Of a stretch of 64,000 bases of DNA, positions 24,080 to 36,256 are shown piece by piece. Made by a program: the position numbers and the translations under genes. Origin of the DNA: Rebecca billardiae RCC1528 (taxonomy: Eukaryota > Protista > Haptophyta); assembly GCA_965240325.2 (NCBI GenBank), contig OZ251249.1:992001-1056000 (forward strand). The letters run 5' to 3'. The notes below the pieces were generated by a model, which worked only from the letters and a program-made list of their open reading frames with translations, was not told the DNA's origin and searched no databases. Numbering within the stretch: position 1 is the stretch's first letter; the number at the start of each line of letters is the position of its first letter.

Positions 24080-26824
24080 TCAGTGGTCGAGCGCGGCGAG
24101 CTCGTCCGAGTCCCACAGCCGGTGCAGCTGCTTGCGCAGCGGGATCAGCAGCGCTGCCGGCGGCACGGGCGCGGGGAGCAGCCGGGCGGCGCGATGCGGC
24201 GGCGGGGACGAGGGGCCGCGGCGGCGCGCGGTGCGGCGCGGTGAGCTCCCGGGCGCCGCGCCGCGCGAGCCCCCCGCGGCCTACCCTGCCCTCCTCGCGC
24301 TCGGCGCGTGCGCGTGCGCGTGCGCGTGCGCGTGCGCGTGCGCGTGCGCGTGCGCGTGCGCGTGCGCGTGCGCGTGCGCGTGCGGTTGCTTTTTGCTCAC
24401 CGATGAGGAAGGGAAAGGCCACGCCCACGCCCGGCAGCCGCAGCACGACGTAGATGGCGAGCAGGCAGCCGAGCTGGAACGCGCTGAAGGAGAGCGTGGT
24501 GCGGTCGCTCACCTTGGCGAGGTAGTCGTACTGCGGCCACTCCTTCCGCTCCCAGATCCCGAAGAGGAACATGCGGTCGAAGAGCTCGTTGCCCGCCATG
24601 CTGCCCACGCCCATGAAGAGGAAGACGCCGGAGAGCACCGCCTTGGGGATCAGCCGCAGCAGCGGCGTGGCGGCGAGGGAGAGGAGGATGAGCAGGTGGA
24701 TGGCGAGCTGCGTCACGCGCTGCTCCACCACGCGCTTCGGCCGCTTCACCACCGTCTTCCCGTCCGCCAGCGTAATGAGCTCGTACTCCGTCACGGCGAG
24801 CGCGTGCGTGAGCGAGCGCACGGTCGCCGCGTGCGTGAACTGCAGCCCGACGAGCGCGAAGAGCGGGTAGATGCACACGGCGCACACCAGCAGGTCGAGG
24901 TGGTACGCGGGGGGCTTGGCGAGCTTGCGGTCCTTCCGGTTGATCAGGATCGACGTCAGGTTCTGGTCCAGGTACCCCAGCACCGTCAGCCCGAGCGCGG
25001 GCACCGCCGCGAACAGCACGCCCCACCACGGGAACGGGCGGGAGACGCCAAACGGGTTGATCAGCCAAGCGCGAGGCACCGACGGGTCGGTCGGGTCGTT
25101 GGCGGTCGGGCGGAACTCGGAGGGCACCTGCGGCGCGCGCGGCGGGCACGCGCGCGCGCGGGAGGGCAGGCCGCGTGAGCACGCCGGGCGCGCGCGTGGG
25201 CCGCGACGATGGCGGCGACGATGGCGGCGGCGGCCGCGGGGCACGCGGCCCCCGCGCGCGGCCGGCGCGCGCGCGCGCGCGCGCGCGCGCGCGGCCGCGC
25301 GCGTCGCGAAAGCGCACCTGCAAGAACGGAAGGTCGCTCACGCCGAGCGCGCCGACGAGCGCGCCGGCGGTGACGCTCGTCGCGACGATCGCGAGCGTGA
25401 CGGAGTAGTTCGCCAGCGTCGCGCGCACGCCCGGCGAGAACCAGGCCGTGGGGCGGAGGTCCTTGAGCTTGGTCGCTCCCACGTAGGTGCCCAGCCCCAG
25501 CAGCGTCGTCAGCAGCGCGGCCGTGGCGGAGAGGCGCGCGGGGTCGGCGTCGGGCAGCGTGGCGCGGACGTAGGGCGTGACGCAGATCGCGACGAGCGCG
25601 TTGACCACGAAGATCAGCGTGATCAGCGCGGAGAACGTCTCCTCCGCGAAGCGCGTCACGTGGCGCATGAGCGCGCACGAGTCTGTGAGCGCGAGCGCGA
25701 GCGTCATCAGCGCGGTCCACAGCCCCTGCCACACGCGGCACGGCATGAACTCGAGGCCGAGCGCGTTGCACAGCTGGTAGAAGACGACGGTGTACGCCAG
25801 CTCGGGGCCCGTCGCGCCGAGGATGCACAGCGGCTGCCCCGCGAACAGCGCGTAGAACACCCCGGACAGTCCGGACGAGAGGATCATCTCGACCACGCCC
25901 AGCTCGCCTCGCGTCTCCTCCTGGAAGAGCGCGCCAAACGTGATGGCGGGCGCGAGGCACGCGAAGAAGAGGAAGATGGTGGAGGAGGAGACGATGGGCA
26001 GGTTCTCGCGCTTGAACGCGTCCGTCCAGTCCGACACGTAGTACGGCGCGCGCCGCTTCAGGTCGGCGCGCAGCCCGCCTGCGAACCGGCCCGACCACTC
26101 GAGCGGGCCGAGCACGTCGGCGCCGCCGTCGCCGCCGCCGCCGTCGCCGCCGCTGTCGTCGCGGCCGAGGCCGGCCTCGAGCGCGTGCGGCGGCACGGCG
26201 ACCTCCTCGAAGGCGTGCTCCGACGACGCCTTGCTCCCCTCCTTGCTGCTCCCGTGCCGCTCGTCCCCCTCGAGTGCGGGCGTGAGCGCGAGCACCGGCG
26301 GGTGGCGCGGCGCGTGCGCAGACACGTCCTCGTCCGTGGGCAGCGCGCCGTACCCGAGCGGGCGGAGCGCGGGGCTCGTGCCCGGCGTGGAGCCGCGCGA
26401 GCGCGGGCGCGGCGCGGCGGCGACGGGCTCGCCGAGCATGCCCACGCGCGCCGCGGTCGCGCCGTCCGAGTTGGTGCGGCCTGGGCGCGCGCGCGCGAAA
26501 ACCACACCCGCGCCGCGCAGCGCGTGAGCGGGCGCACGCACAGCGCGCGCGCGGGGGCGGGGCCCGCGGGCGCGCCGCGCGCGCGCCCAGCCCGCGCCCG
26601 GCGCGCGCGGTGCGCCCCCGCTCACCGCGAAAGTTCCTGGGCGGGTACACGACGTACTCCTCGTCACCGAGCATGCCGGTCGGGCGCGAGCCCGCGGGCG
26701 CGGGGATGGGCGTGGAGCCCGAGCGGCGGCGGTCCATGCCGTCGGCGGGGAGGCCGTGGCGCGGGCGCATCACCTTGCGCCCGTCGTCCTTTGCCGCGCC
26801 GTCGTACGACTCGAGCAGGCTCAT
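24080..26824 (-). CDS. SLC4: SLC4-family bicarbonate/anion transporter (4 exons: 26824-26626, 26480-25318, 25127-24401, ~24153-24080)
   Basis: Motifs GRFAGGLRADLKRRAPYYVSDWTDA, FLFFACLAPAITFG, FAGQPLCILGATGP, TRFAEETFSALI, YLDQNLTSILIN, AYHLDL, HAATVRSLTH, VVEQRVT, IPKAVLSGVFLFMG, FPFLIALLIPLR...ELAALD. All three introns are GT-AG and in phase. Confidence 0.95.
24306..24383. repeat. (GCGTGC)n microsatellite in the last SLC4 intron
   Basis: About 13 perfect hexamer units are visible. Confidence 0.9.
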
Positions 26825-26935
26825 CGCTCGGGAGTGGCGCGGTCGATGGGCGTGCCGGCAGCAGCGCGTGGCCGACCCGCTGCGGCGACCAGTGGCGCGC
26901 AAGAACCGGCTAGGACCGACGCGCTAGCTGCTGCG

Positions 26936-27036
26936 CGCCTCGCGATTGGCCCGGAGGCCCTGGAGTGGTATGAGCAAACGCCAAAAGGCGAGCTCGTCTG
27001 CCTGTTGGTGGACTTATTGGCCGCCTCGCGATTGGC
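26936..27036 (-). promoter_or_regulatory. Duplicated 15-bp CCAAT-box-containing motif upstream of SLC4
   Basis: CGCCTCGCGATTGGC occurs at 26936-26950 and 27022-27036 (GCCAAT on the SLC4 strand), with a third ATTGG at ~27016, 110-210 bp upstream of the ATG. Confidence 0.4.
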
Positions 27037-27407
27037 AAGGTCCGTTTTAAGCAACCGCTGCGCTCAGGCTCTGTGCTTCGTCAGAAGCCCGCGAACGAAA
27101 GTTCTGAAGGGCTTCTCTGAATCGGAGAGTCCGGCAAAACACAGGTCGACTTCTCCGGACTATCATCAGCGCCTTCGGCGAAGGACTGGCGAGGGAGGCA
27201 GGAAGAATCTCGGGCGGACTCACTTCCGAGATTGATGTCATGCCGCTGATGATGAGTGCAGTCATAATGTCAGTGTCGTCAGTCAGGACGACAATCAGTG
27301 GCGCTGCCGCCGGTGGGTTGAGAGCACGCGTCAGCTGCGCCAGGCCCTGCGAACTGGAGGCCGGCCGCTCGCGCACGGCGGCGCGGCCGCGCGTCCACGC
27401 GCGCGCC

Positions 27408-27815
27408 CTAGGCGCCAGGCGATGCGCGTGGCAGCGGCGGCCGCGCGTGCCCGCCGATCACCAGCCGGAACTCAGCGAGCTGATTCGGTCGTGACGGTGC
27501 GCCGCTCGGGCGCGGGCAGCGGCCCAGCGGCAGGTCTGTGGAGCTGCACGTGCACGCCACGCCGTCGCCAACGCGGCCCGCAGGCGGCCGCGTCGGCCCA
27601 GCGCGTGCCCCCGCCCCCCGAGGCCTCTGGGGCGGGCCCGCCCCCAACGCTCACCAGAACTCCGTGTCCTCAAAGAACATGAAGTCAGACAGCGTGAGCG
27701 ACCACAGCGAGATGACGAGCACCGACCACATGAGCGGCTGGTGCGAGAACATCATGAGTGCGAACGAGCCCACAGACAGGCCCACCTCCACCTTGCGCCG
27801 CGAGTTGAAAGCCAT
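27408..27815 (-). CDS. Possible small membrane protein (two hydrophobic stretches); 3' end uncertain
   Basis: GCCATGG start, then MAFNSRRKVEVGLSVGSFALMMFSHQPLMWSVLVISLWSLTLSDFMFFEDTEF with coding-like composition. It ends at TGA 27651-27653 or splices at GTGAGC into a second exon. Confidence 0.45.
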
Positions 27816-28542
27816 GGCTGCCTGCGCGGGCGTGGCGCGGGCGCGGCGCGCCGGGGCGCGGCGCGCGCGCGTGGCGGAGCGAGCGTGCGCGTGAGCCGAT
27901 CGGCGCCGAGCGCAGCGTCGAGCGCGGGTACGCCTGCGCCGGCCGACGCCACCCCGCGAACCGCGCCACGCGCCGCGCCGCGGCCGCCCGTGCGCGCCGA
28001 GCGTCGGGGGCCGGCGCTCACCGAGAGCACTGCTGCGCCCCTGCTGCTGCACCCTGGCCGAGCCCGATCGCAGGCGAGGGGCTCGGCCCCGCGCTGCTGC
28101 CCGGCTCTGGCGCGTCCGGACTACAATCAGCCAGCCGGACTCTCGCTGGGCCACGGCCAAGGTCACGGTCTCGCGATCGGTGCGGGAGGCGGGGCGCGAA
28201 AGCGCTGACGACCGGCGCGCGAAGCCAAGATGAGGCCCGGAAAGACCGGCTCGCGTGCGCGGAGCGGCCAAATCTTTTCGTGCCGAGATCAGCCGCCGCC
28301 GGCGGCGGCGGCGCGCGGCGCGCTGGGGCTTCCAAGCAAGCGGCTTATGGCGGCCACGCCCGCCTGACTGGCCAGCCAGCCCGCAGCCCTCCCCGCGCGG
28401 AGGCGAGCAAAGGGGGCCGGCGCGCGCGCGGGCCGGCGAAGCGGAGGGCGGGCCGCGGCGGAGCGAGCGCGCGTGGCGGCACGCGCGCGCGCGTGCCCGC
28501 GGGCGCCCCAGCAGCGGCCCTCGGCGCGGCCGCGCGCACGCG

Positions 28543-31500
28543 ATGCCGCCGATGCCGGCCGTGGACGCGTCGGCGCGGCAGGCGGTCGGGCCGGCGCACG
28601 ACGGCGCCGCCGCGGGCGCGGGCGCGGCCAACGAGGCGGTGGGCGGCGGCGGCGGCGGCATGCCGCTGCCGCCGCTCTTCTGCGACGCGTACTCGGACGT
28701 GGCGTCGATGTTCACGGTGGGGCGGAAGCTGGGGCAGGGCAACTTTGCAAAGGTCGTGCAGGCCTCGGCCAAGCACGCGCTGCCGGCGTGCGGGCTGCGC
28801 GCGGGCGAGCAGGTGGCCATCAAGATCGTCAAGAAGCCTAGCGCCATGGCGGCGCCCGTGCTCGAGATGCTGCGCTCCGAGATCGCCATCCTGCGCGCGG
28901 TGCGCCACCCCAACATCGTGCGTCTGTACGAGGTGCTCGAGACGCCGGGCAAGCTGTACCTCGTGATGCAGCTGTGCTCGGGCGGCGAGCTGTTCGAGCG
29001 GATCGTGCGCATGGGCGTGTACTCCGAGGAGGACGCGCGCTACTTCACCTTCAAGCTGCTCAACGCGGTGCTCTACCTGCACGACTCGTCCATCTGCCAC
29101 CGCGACCTCAAGCCCGAGAACATTCTCCTCTCCACGCCGCACGAGGACGCCGAGCTGCTCATCACGGACTTCGGGCTGGGCAAGGTGATGGCGCGCGCGG
29201 GCGAGGGCGTGCCGTGGCGGGAGGTCGCGCTGCGCACGCGCTGCGGCACGCCCGGCTACGCAGCGCCAGAGGTGATCTCGTCGGGTGCGCGCGCACGCGG
29301 CGCGCGCGCGCCGCGCCGCCCGGCAACGCCGCGCCTCGCCGCGCCGCGCGCGCGCGCCGCTCACCGCCGCGCCGCCGCGACGCGACGGCGCGCGGCCGCC
29401 GCCGACGGCGTGGCGCGCGCAGCGTACGGCCCGGCCGCGGACCGCCGGTACGGGCTGGCGTGCGACATGTGGAGCGTCGGCGTGATCCTCTTCATCCTGC
29501 TCTCCGCGTGCCCGCCGTTTGCGGCGCGCGACGACGAGGAGATGCAGCGGCAGGTGTGCTCGCCCGGCGCGCTCGCCTTCCCGCAGCGGCACTGGGGCTC
29601 GATCTCCGCGGAGGCGGTCGACCTGATCAGAGGGCTGCTCGTCGTGGACCCGAGGTGCGCACGCGCGCGCGCGCGCGCGCGGCGCGGGGCGGCGCCGGGC
29701 GGCCCTGCGGTGGGCGGGGCGCGCCGGGCTCTGACGCGCGTCCGCGCGCCGACGCGCGCGCGCGCGCCGCCGCCACCGCCGCCGCTGCGCGCGCCGCCGC
29801 CACCGCCGATGCTCCCGTTGGCTCGCCTTGTGTTCGGCGCGTGTGTGTGCTGTGCCGCGCAGCAAGCGGCTCACCGCGCTCGAGGCGCTGCAGCACCCGT
29901 GGGTGGTGAGCGTGGGCGCGCACCAGACCGACCTCTTCAACGTGAGAGCGCGGCGCGCGGCGCGCGCGCGCGGCCAAAGCAGTCGGGGCGCGCACGGCGG
30001 CGGCGATGCGCGCGGCGCGGCCTGCGCGGCCGCGCGCTCGCGCTGAGCGCCCCGCCCCGCGCCGCCCTGCGCCCCGCCGCCGGCGCGCCGTGCGCGCGGA
30101 CGCAGGCGGACTCGCACGGGCAGGGCTCGCCGCACGCCGCGGCCGCGCCCGCCGCCGCCTCGCCGCGGCTGCTGCGGCAGCGCTTTGATGAGTTCAACGC
30201 GCAGCGCACGACCATGCGCACGGGGCGGCGCGCGGGCGAGGGGCGCGGCGGCGGCGAGGACGGCGCGGGCGCGGACGGCGCGGAGCCGCGGGGGCTGGCC
30301 GCGGAGGGGCACGCGGGCGCGCTCAGCGCCGCGCAGCTCGGGCTGCCGCAAGATGTGCGCACCGCACCGCACCGCACCGCACCGCACCGCACCGCACAGT
30401 GCGCCGCCACCGCGGCGCAGCGCGACACCGCGCGCGCGCGCGGCGCCGCGCGCGGTGGCACGGCTCACGCGCCGCGCCGGTCCGCGCGCCGCGTGCCGCG
30501 TGCCCCACCCCCCACGCGGCGTTGTGCCGCGCCGTGCCGCGTGCGTGCTATTCTGTGCAGGAGGCCGTGCTGCGCCTCTTCCGCTGCGCGTGCGAGGGCA
30601 GGCTCGGCCAGCTGGTGGTGGCCACGCGCCACGTCGGCTTTGCGGCGACGGACGGCGCCTCGCTGTGGCTGCGGCCCACCTCCCAGCTCGCGTCCGTGAC
30701 AACGGCGCGGTGAGCGCCCGCGCGCGCACGCACCGCGCGCGTGCGGCGTCGCGGCCGCCGCGGTCGCCGCCGGTCCCCCGCGAGGGCGCGGGCGCACGCC
30801 TTTGCCGCGCCGCGCTCAGCGCGCCCCGCCCCGCCCTCCCCCGCCCTGCCCTCCCCCGCCCTGCCCTCCCCCGCCCCGCCCTCCCCCGCCCTGCCCTCCC
30901 CCGCCCTGCCCTCCCCCGCCCTGCCCTCCCCCGCCCTGCCCTCCCCCGCCCTGCCCTCCCCCGCCCCGCCCTCCCCCGCCCTGCCCTCCCCCGCCCTGCC
31001 CTCCCCCGCCCTGCCCTCCCCCGCCCCGCCCTCCCCCGCCCCGCCCTCCCCCGCCCTGCCCTCCCCCGCCCCCCGCCCTGCCCTCCCCCGCCCCGCCCTC
31101 CCCCGCCCTGCCCTCCCCCGCCCCGCCCTCCCCCGCCCCGCCCTCCCCCGCCCTGCCCTCCCCCGCCCTGCCCTCCCCCGCCCTGCCCTCCCCCGCCCTG
31201 CCCTCCCCCGCCCTGCCCTCCCCCGCCCCGCCCTCCCCCGCCCCGCCCTCCCCCGCCCTGCCCTCCCCCGCCCTGCCCTCCCCCGCCCTGCCCTCCCCCG
31301 CCCTGCCCTCCCCCGCCCCGCCCTCCCCCGCCCTGCCCTCCCCCGCCCTGCCCTCCCCCGCCCTGCCCTCCCCCGCCCCGCCCTCCCCCGCCCTGCCCTC
31401 CCCCGCCCTGCCCTCCCCCGCCCTGCCCTCCCCCGCCCTGCCCTCCCCCGCCCCGCCCTCCCCCGCCCCGCCCTCCCCCGCCCTGCCCTCCCCCGCCCTG

Positions 31501-32212
31501 CCCTCCCCCGCCCTGCCCTCCCCCGCCCTGCCCTCCCCCGCCCTGCCCTCCCCCGCCCCGCCCTCCCCCGCCCCGCCCTCCCCCGCCCTGCCCTCCCCCG
31601 CCCTGCCCTCCCCCGCCCTGCCCTCCCCCGCCCTGCCCTCCCCCGCCCCGCCCTCCCCCGCCCTGCCCTCCCCCGCCCTGCCCTCCCCCGCCCCGCCCTC
31701 CCCCGCCCTGCCCTCCCCCGCCCTGCCCTCCCCCGCCCTGCCCTCCCCCGCCCTGCCCTCCCCCGCCCCGCCCTCCCCCGCCCTGCCCTCCCCCGCCCGC
31801 CCGCAGCTACATCGCCTCGAACGCGGCGACGGACAACTCGTTGGTGCTCGCGTTCAGCGATGGCAGCCGCGCGCAGCTGGACGGCTTCTGGCAGCGGGAC
31901 GCGTGCCTGCAGCTGCTGGCGCGCGCGGACGCGGAGCGGCAGGCGGCGGCGGCGGCGGCGGCCGCGCAGCAGCAGCAGCAGCAGCACGGCGGCAGCGCGC
32001 ACACGCCGCCGCCGCCGCCGCCGCGCGAGGTCGCTGCGGGCGCGTGCGCCGGCTCCTCCGCCGCATCGCCGCTCGAGCTGCCCTCGCCCGGACCCTCGCC
32101 CGGACGCGCGTCACCCGCGGCCGGCGCGCCCGCCGCCGCGGCGGCCGCGGACAGACGGCGGCTGAGCGCGAGCGGCCGGCCGCTGCGCCTCACGCGCAGC
32201 AGCGTCGACTGA
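28543..32212 (+). CDS. CaMK-group Ser/Thr kinase with a C-terminal GRAM/PH-like domain (6 exons)
   Basis: Kinase motifs [74 protein letters not shown]. CaMK-like regulatory helix [16 protein letters not shown]-like [21 protein letters not shown]...[26 protein letters not shown]. Introns approx. 29285-29422, 29655-29862, 29942-30105, 30355-30560, 30710-31806. Confidence 0.9.
30824..31798. repeat. 15-bp minisatellite (CCCTCCCCCGCCC(T/C)G) x ~65 in the last kinase intron
   Basis: Two unit variants are interspersed, with one truncated unit near 31070. The array ends a few bases before the CAG acceptor at 31804-31806. Confidence 0.95.
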
Positions 32213-32691
32213 GCGCGGCCGGCACTCGGCAGCGCGCGCCGACGGTGCGGCGGGCCGGCGGCGGCCGGCGCGCCACGCGTGGGGCGCCGCCGTGCGCGCC
32301 ACCCAACGGACCGACGAGCGCCACAGCGGCGGACCTCTGAAGGTGGGCCTCGACGGCAGGCGCGCTGAATCGATAGATGAGGCTGACCGCCGCACGCCTC
32401 GTACTGTCACGCGGTAGTACCTACTACCCAGTCCCCAGTCCCGCCGCGCCGTCGCCACTCGCCGATCATTAATGCATCGTCATCAGGGCATCAGCTGTCC
32501 CGCGCGGCGCGGATCCGCGCCCGTTCCGCGCGGCGGTCGCGGCGCGGTTCAGTACCGAGGCGCGCACGGCGACGACACGCGCCGTACGTACTGACGATGA
32601 TGAAGTGAAGCGCGCGCGCGATGCTGCTACGGATATATGACGACTGATCGATATATATTGCTGTCCTGTCTGCGCTGCTACTATTATATAT

Positions 32692-34733
32692 CACAGTAAA
32701 GAAATCGATTTTCGGCGTTACCGCAACCCGTCCGCGCTTCCGCCCAGTGGGGATGCGCTGGAATTTTTTTCATGCCCCGTTCGCGGCACTTCGCGCCGCC
32801 ACAGTGGAGAAAGATCGGGCCGAAGCCCGTTTGAGCATGGTCGTTCGTGCGCACGCCCATTCGAATCGATGGCGCGCTCCGAGCGGCGGGCGTGCGCGTA
32901 TTTTTGCCGCGAGGGGGGCTGCGAGGCGTCGGCCGGCTTACCAAGGCGGTTCCCCGGGGCGGCGTCACCCTCGCCCGCCCCTCCTCGCCCACCCTCGCTC
33001 CACGGGCGGCCACACGTGAGCTGTTAAGATGACTTCACGGGGGCCGCGCGGCACGCGCGCGGAGAGGCGAGGAAGTGGTGTTTCGCGGAAAAACGTTCTA
33101 TAGCATTGTGCTCAACCCATGTGGTCACCCGCTCCACAAGTTTGTACGCCGCCAAACCGCACACAGCGGCCTGAGCAGCTCCCAGACTGACTTTCGCTCT
33201 TGAAGCCTGTTTTTGGGCCAGATCTTGGTGTGGATGTAGCGCGGCGAGGAGGCGCCGGGCGCGCGCCCGAGCTGCGTGCTGGCACTCGCCATGACCCATA
33301 GGCATCGTCCGTCGCGAACGACCCGGCTCGCCTCGACCTCTCCGACCCGCCGGGCAGCCACGACCGAGCGCGCAGCCAACGGTGTCCAAACAGAGGCTTC
33401 TCAGACCGCGTGGGATGGGCATAGGCGCGAGAGAGGGCGCCCAGCGCGCTCTTGAGATGCACAGGAGCACGCACTGATGCGTATGGAACCATCCCATCAC
33501 GATCGCCCCGACCTGGCGCGCCCTATCTGGCCCGTCAGGCTGCCCGCGCCGCCGCCGCCGCGCCACGCCGCCGCCACAGGCGCCGCCGCATCGCGGGCAC
33601 GTGGGTAAGTCTGTATTCAACAAATACAGAATTTCCGGTGCGGCCCTCTTTTGGGCGGCAAGGTCGATCTGGTCGACACCTGCCGCGCGGCATGGGCCAC
33701 GGCGCGGCGAGGTGGCGGCTGGCGCACCGCGGCGCGGGCGGGATGGCTCGAGGACACCACCGCCCCGCCTCCCACGCCGCGCCGAGCGCGTGCGCCGTGC
33801 TCTCGTCGCGTACCGAATTTCCTGCGGCGAGCGACGCCACACAGCGCGACCATGCCATCGCGCGACGAGGTGCGTTCAGCTCAGCGATTTGTCGTATTTG
33901 TTGAATACATGCGGGTACGAATCGGACGCACGACGCCCTCGACGCACACGTCGAGAGCCACGCGCGCGGCGTGGACTGGCACGCGACGCGGAGATGGCGG
34001 GCGCGGTGCCGCGGGCGCGCGACTGGTCTAGAACAGCACAATGAAGCGTGGGACGGCGCCGCGCGCGTGGGCTCGCTGCCGTCTCCTCGCAGTCGAATAT
34101 TTCTGTGCACCCTCCTACCAGGTCAGTCGACCGACTTGCACGCGGCATGCGAGCACTGCGTGCGGGGAGGAGTGTGACATGGCAGGCTGTGGCGAGGTGG
34201 ATGGCCGTGCAGGAGTATGCTAGGAAGGGCCGCTCCCGCGCTCGCGCGGTGCCTCGCGCACGCCTCGTCGAGGACGAGCGTGTTTGAATGGCTCCGGGGA
34301 GGCCTGAGACTTCGCTTGTTCACAGCAGCGCGCGACAGGTGCACACAACGAAGGTGACGACCAGGCACTCCGGCGAGGGCGGCTGTGCTGGCAGCAGACT
34401 GCATTCGGAGTAAGATGCGCCATCTTACGCGCCGCTTCGCCTCGCTGCATCGCCGCACTGAGCAGCAGGGCTCCACGCTCACGAATGGCTCACCACGAGC
34501 TACGTGACCGGCCAGCCGCGTGCAACCCGGCGAGGCAGAGAGGGGCGGAGGGATGGGGAGGCTGGGTGGGATGTTGCAGTCCCATGCCCGGGGCACTCGC
34601 CAGGCGCCTGCGCGACCACCGTAGCGTCGTCTGTGCGCTCGTGCGGCCCGCGCGAGAATTTCCCCGAAAATCGGCTCGTGTCGGACGCCTCGGACGGGTT
34701 ACGGTAACGATAATCCCGTTTTTGTTCACTGTG
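32692..34733. mobile_element. Non-autonomous CACTA/EnSpm(CMC)-like DNA transposon, 2.04 kb
   Basis: Left end CACAGTAAAGAAA...CGTTACCGCAACCCGTCCG; right end reverse complement CACAGTGAACAAA...CGTTACCGTAACCCGTCCG. Inserted in an AT run (ATAT on both sides, so TSD length is ambiguous at 2-6 bp). No intact transposase. Confidence 0.7.
33612..33909. mobile_element. Nested ~300-bp MITE-like unit with a 16-bp perfect inverted repeat
   Basis: TGTATTCAACAAATAC (33612-33627) and GTATTTGTTGAATACA (33894-33909). No clear TSD. Confidence 0.5.
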
Positions 34734-35089
34734 ATATATGTATTATATATATTGCTGATGACGACGCGATGTATATATATATATAGCATCGTCGCCGCCA
34801 TCGTCGTCATCGATCGTCAGCAGCGCGGCAGCAGGCTACCGAGTACCGCCGTACGTCAGTGACCCATGGCGCGCCGCCGGATCCGCGCGGGCCGCGCGGG
34901 TCGGCCCCGAGCCGCGACTACCGCGATACATGGTCGCGGCCGAAGCATCTCGTCGCCGCGCGGGCGGCAGCGCGCGGGGGGAGCACGCCCACGCAATGGC
35001 GCGCCGCCGCGCGCCGCCGCACACCGACCGCGCTCGGACCGGCAGCGGCCAGGCTGATGGCGCCCGGCCGGACCCGCGGCGACCCGTCG

Positions 35090-36256
35090 TCAGCCGCCGC
35101 CCGGTCCCGGCCGCACGCGCCGCGCGGCGGCGGTGCGGTCGTCGGCGGGGCGCGTCGGCGGCGCGGACAGGGCGCAGCTGCGCGTGTGGGGCGCGCGCCG
35201 CGCCCACGCGCCCCACACGCGCCACAGCGTGGAGCAGCGCGCGCGCCAGAACTTGGCGTGCGCGCCCACCGTGTCCGCGCCGCGGCCGAGCACGCGCCGC
35301 CGCGCCGCGTCGCGCGGGTGCGCGGCGGCCCACGCCGGGTCGGTGTCGCGGTCGATCTCGGTGTTGCGCCGGCTCCAGCGCGGCTCGAGCCCCTGCACGC
35401 CCGTGAGCACCCGCTCGAGGCAGCCGTTCTCCGAGCGCGCGTGGAAGCGCGCGCCGCTCGAGCCGTTGGCGCAGCCGCGCCAGCCGCGCAGCAGCGGGCC
35501 GAGCGCCGACGCGTCGGGCGTCGCCACCCAGAAGCCCGCGTTGAAGCGGTGGCGCGCGTGCGCGGGCGGCGGCTCGGCCGTCGGCGGCGGCCCCACCGCG
35601 CAGAACCCCGCGCGGCACGCCTCGAACACGCCGTCCGGGCTGGCCACGAACAGATGGTCCGCGTCCACAAACGCAACCTTGCGGAACGCGCGCCCCATCT
35701 GCCACACGTGCGCCTTGGCGAAGTGGTAGTGCTCGGGCGCGGCGCCGAAGCCGGGGACGGCGCACAGCGCGACGCTGCGCGCCGCCGCCCACGCCGCCGC
35801 GGCGGCCAGCGCGCGCGCGTGCGTCGCGAACAGCGCGTCGTGCACGAGCAGCGTGACGCCGTGCCGCGCGCCCGCGCCCTGCAGCGTGGCGATCGCGTGC
35901 TTCGTCGCGTCGAGGTAGAGCGTGGGCGCCTCGGCGCAGCTCGGGTCGGTGCGCACGCGCAGGCCGGGCGCGTCGGCGCCCGCGCGCCGCTCGCGGCACA
36001 GCGCGGAGAGCAGGAAGACGTACTGGTACGGGTCCGGCTCGGGCGCGCGCGAGAAGCAGCGCGCGCGCGGCGCGGCGGGCGCGCACGCGCGCTCGGTGAT
36101 GGCGCCGAGCGGGCTGGCCGAGGCGTTGCAGAGCGGGCGGCCGTGCACGTCGCGGTGGAGCGCCGCCGGGCCCGCGCCGCGCACCCGCGCGCGCCGCGCG
36201 CCTAGGCACGCGAGCGCGGCGGCGAGCGCGAGCCGCCATCGTGCGCTCGCCGCCAT
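35090..36256 (-). CDS. Glycosyltransferase family 8-like (glycogenin/galactinol synthase-type fold), with signal peptide/anchor
   Basis: FAKAHVWQM...FRKVAFVDADHLFV (DxD), FNAGFWVATP, SENGCLERV, AHAKFW; hydrophobic N-terminus; intronless, 388 aa. Confidence 0.85.
   Translation of the reverse strand: MAASARWRLALAAALACLGARRARVRGAGPAALHRDVHGRPLCNASASPLGAITERACAPAAPRARCFSRAPEPDPYQYVFLLSALCRERRAGADAPGLRVRTDPSCAEAPTLYLDATKHAIATLQGAGARHGVTLLVHDALFATHARALAAAAAWAAARSVALCAVPGFGAAPEHYHFAKAHVWQMGRAFRKVAFVDADHLFVASPDGVFEACRAGFCAVGPPPTAEPPPAHARHRFNAGFWVATPDASALGPLLRGWRGCANGSSGARFHARSENGCLERVLTGVQGLEPRWSRRNTEIDRDTDPAWAAAHPRDAARRRVLGRGADTVGAHAKFWRARCSTLWRVWGAWARRAPHTRSCALSAPPTRPADDRTAAARRVRPGPGGG

Noticed and set aside
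30185-32340. Extensin-like Pro-rich or RG-rich ORFs (PPPPC, PALPS, GRAGR repeats)
   Set aside because: These are translations of the intronic 15-bp minisatellite. Splicing 30710-31806 gives a coherent domain.
34715-34733. RAG recombination-signal/Transib resemblance (reverse complement CACAGTG-A-ACAAAAACG)
   Set aside because: The heptamer and nonamer-like sequences are separated by 1 nt rather than 12/23, the left end lacks the match, and there is no 5-bp TSD. It is better explained as a CACTA/CMC-like terminus.
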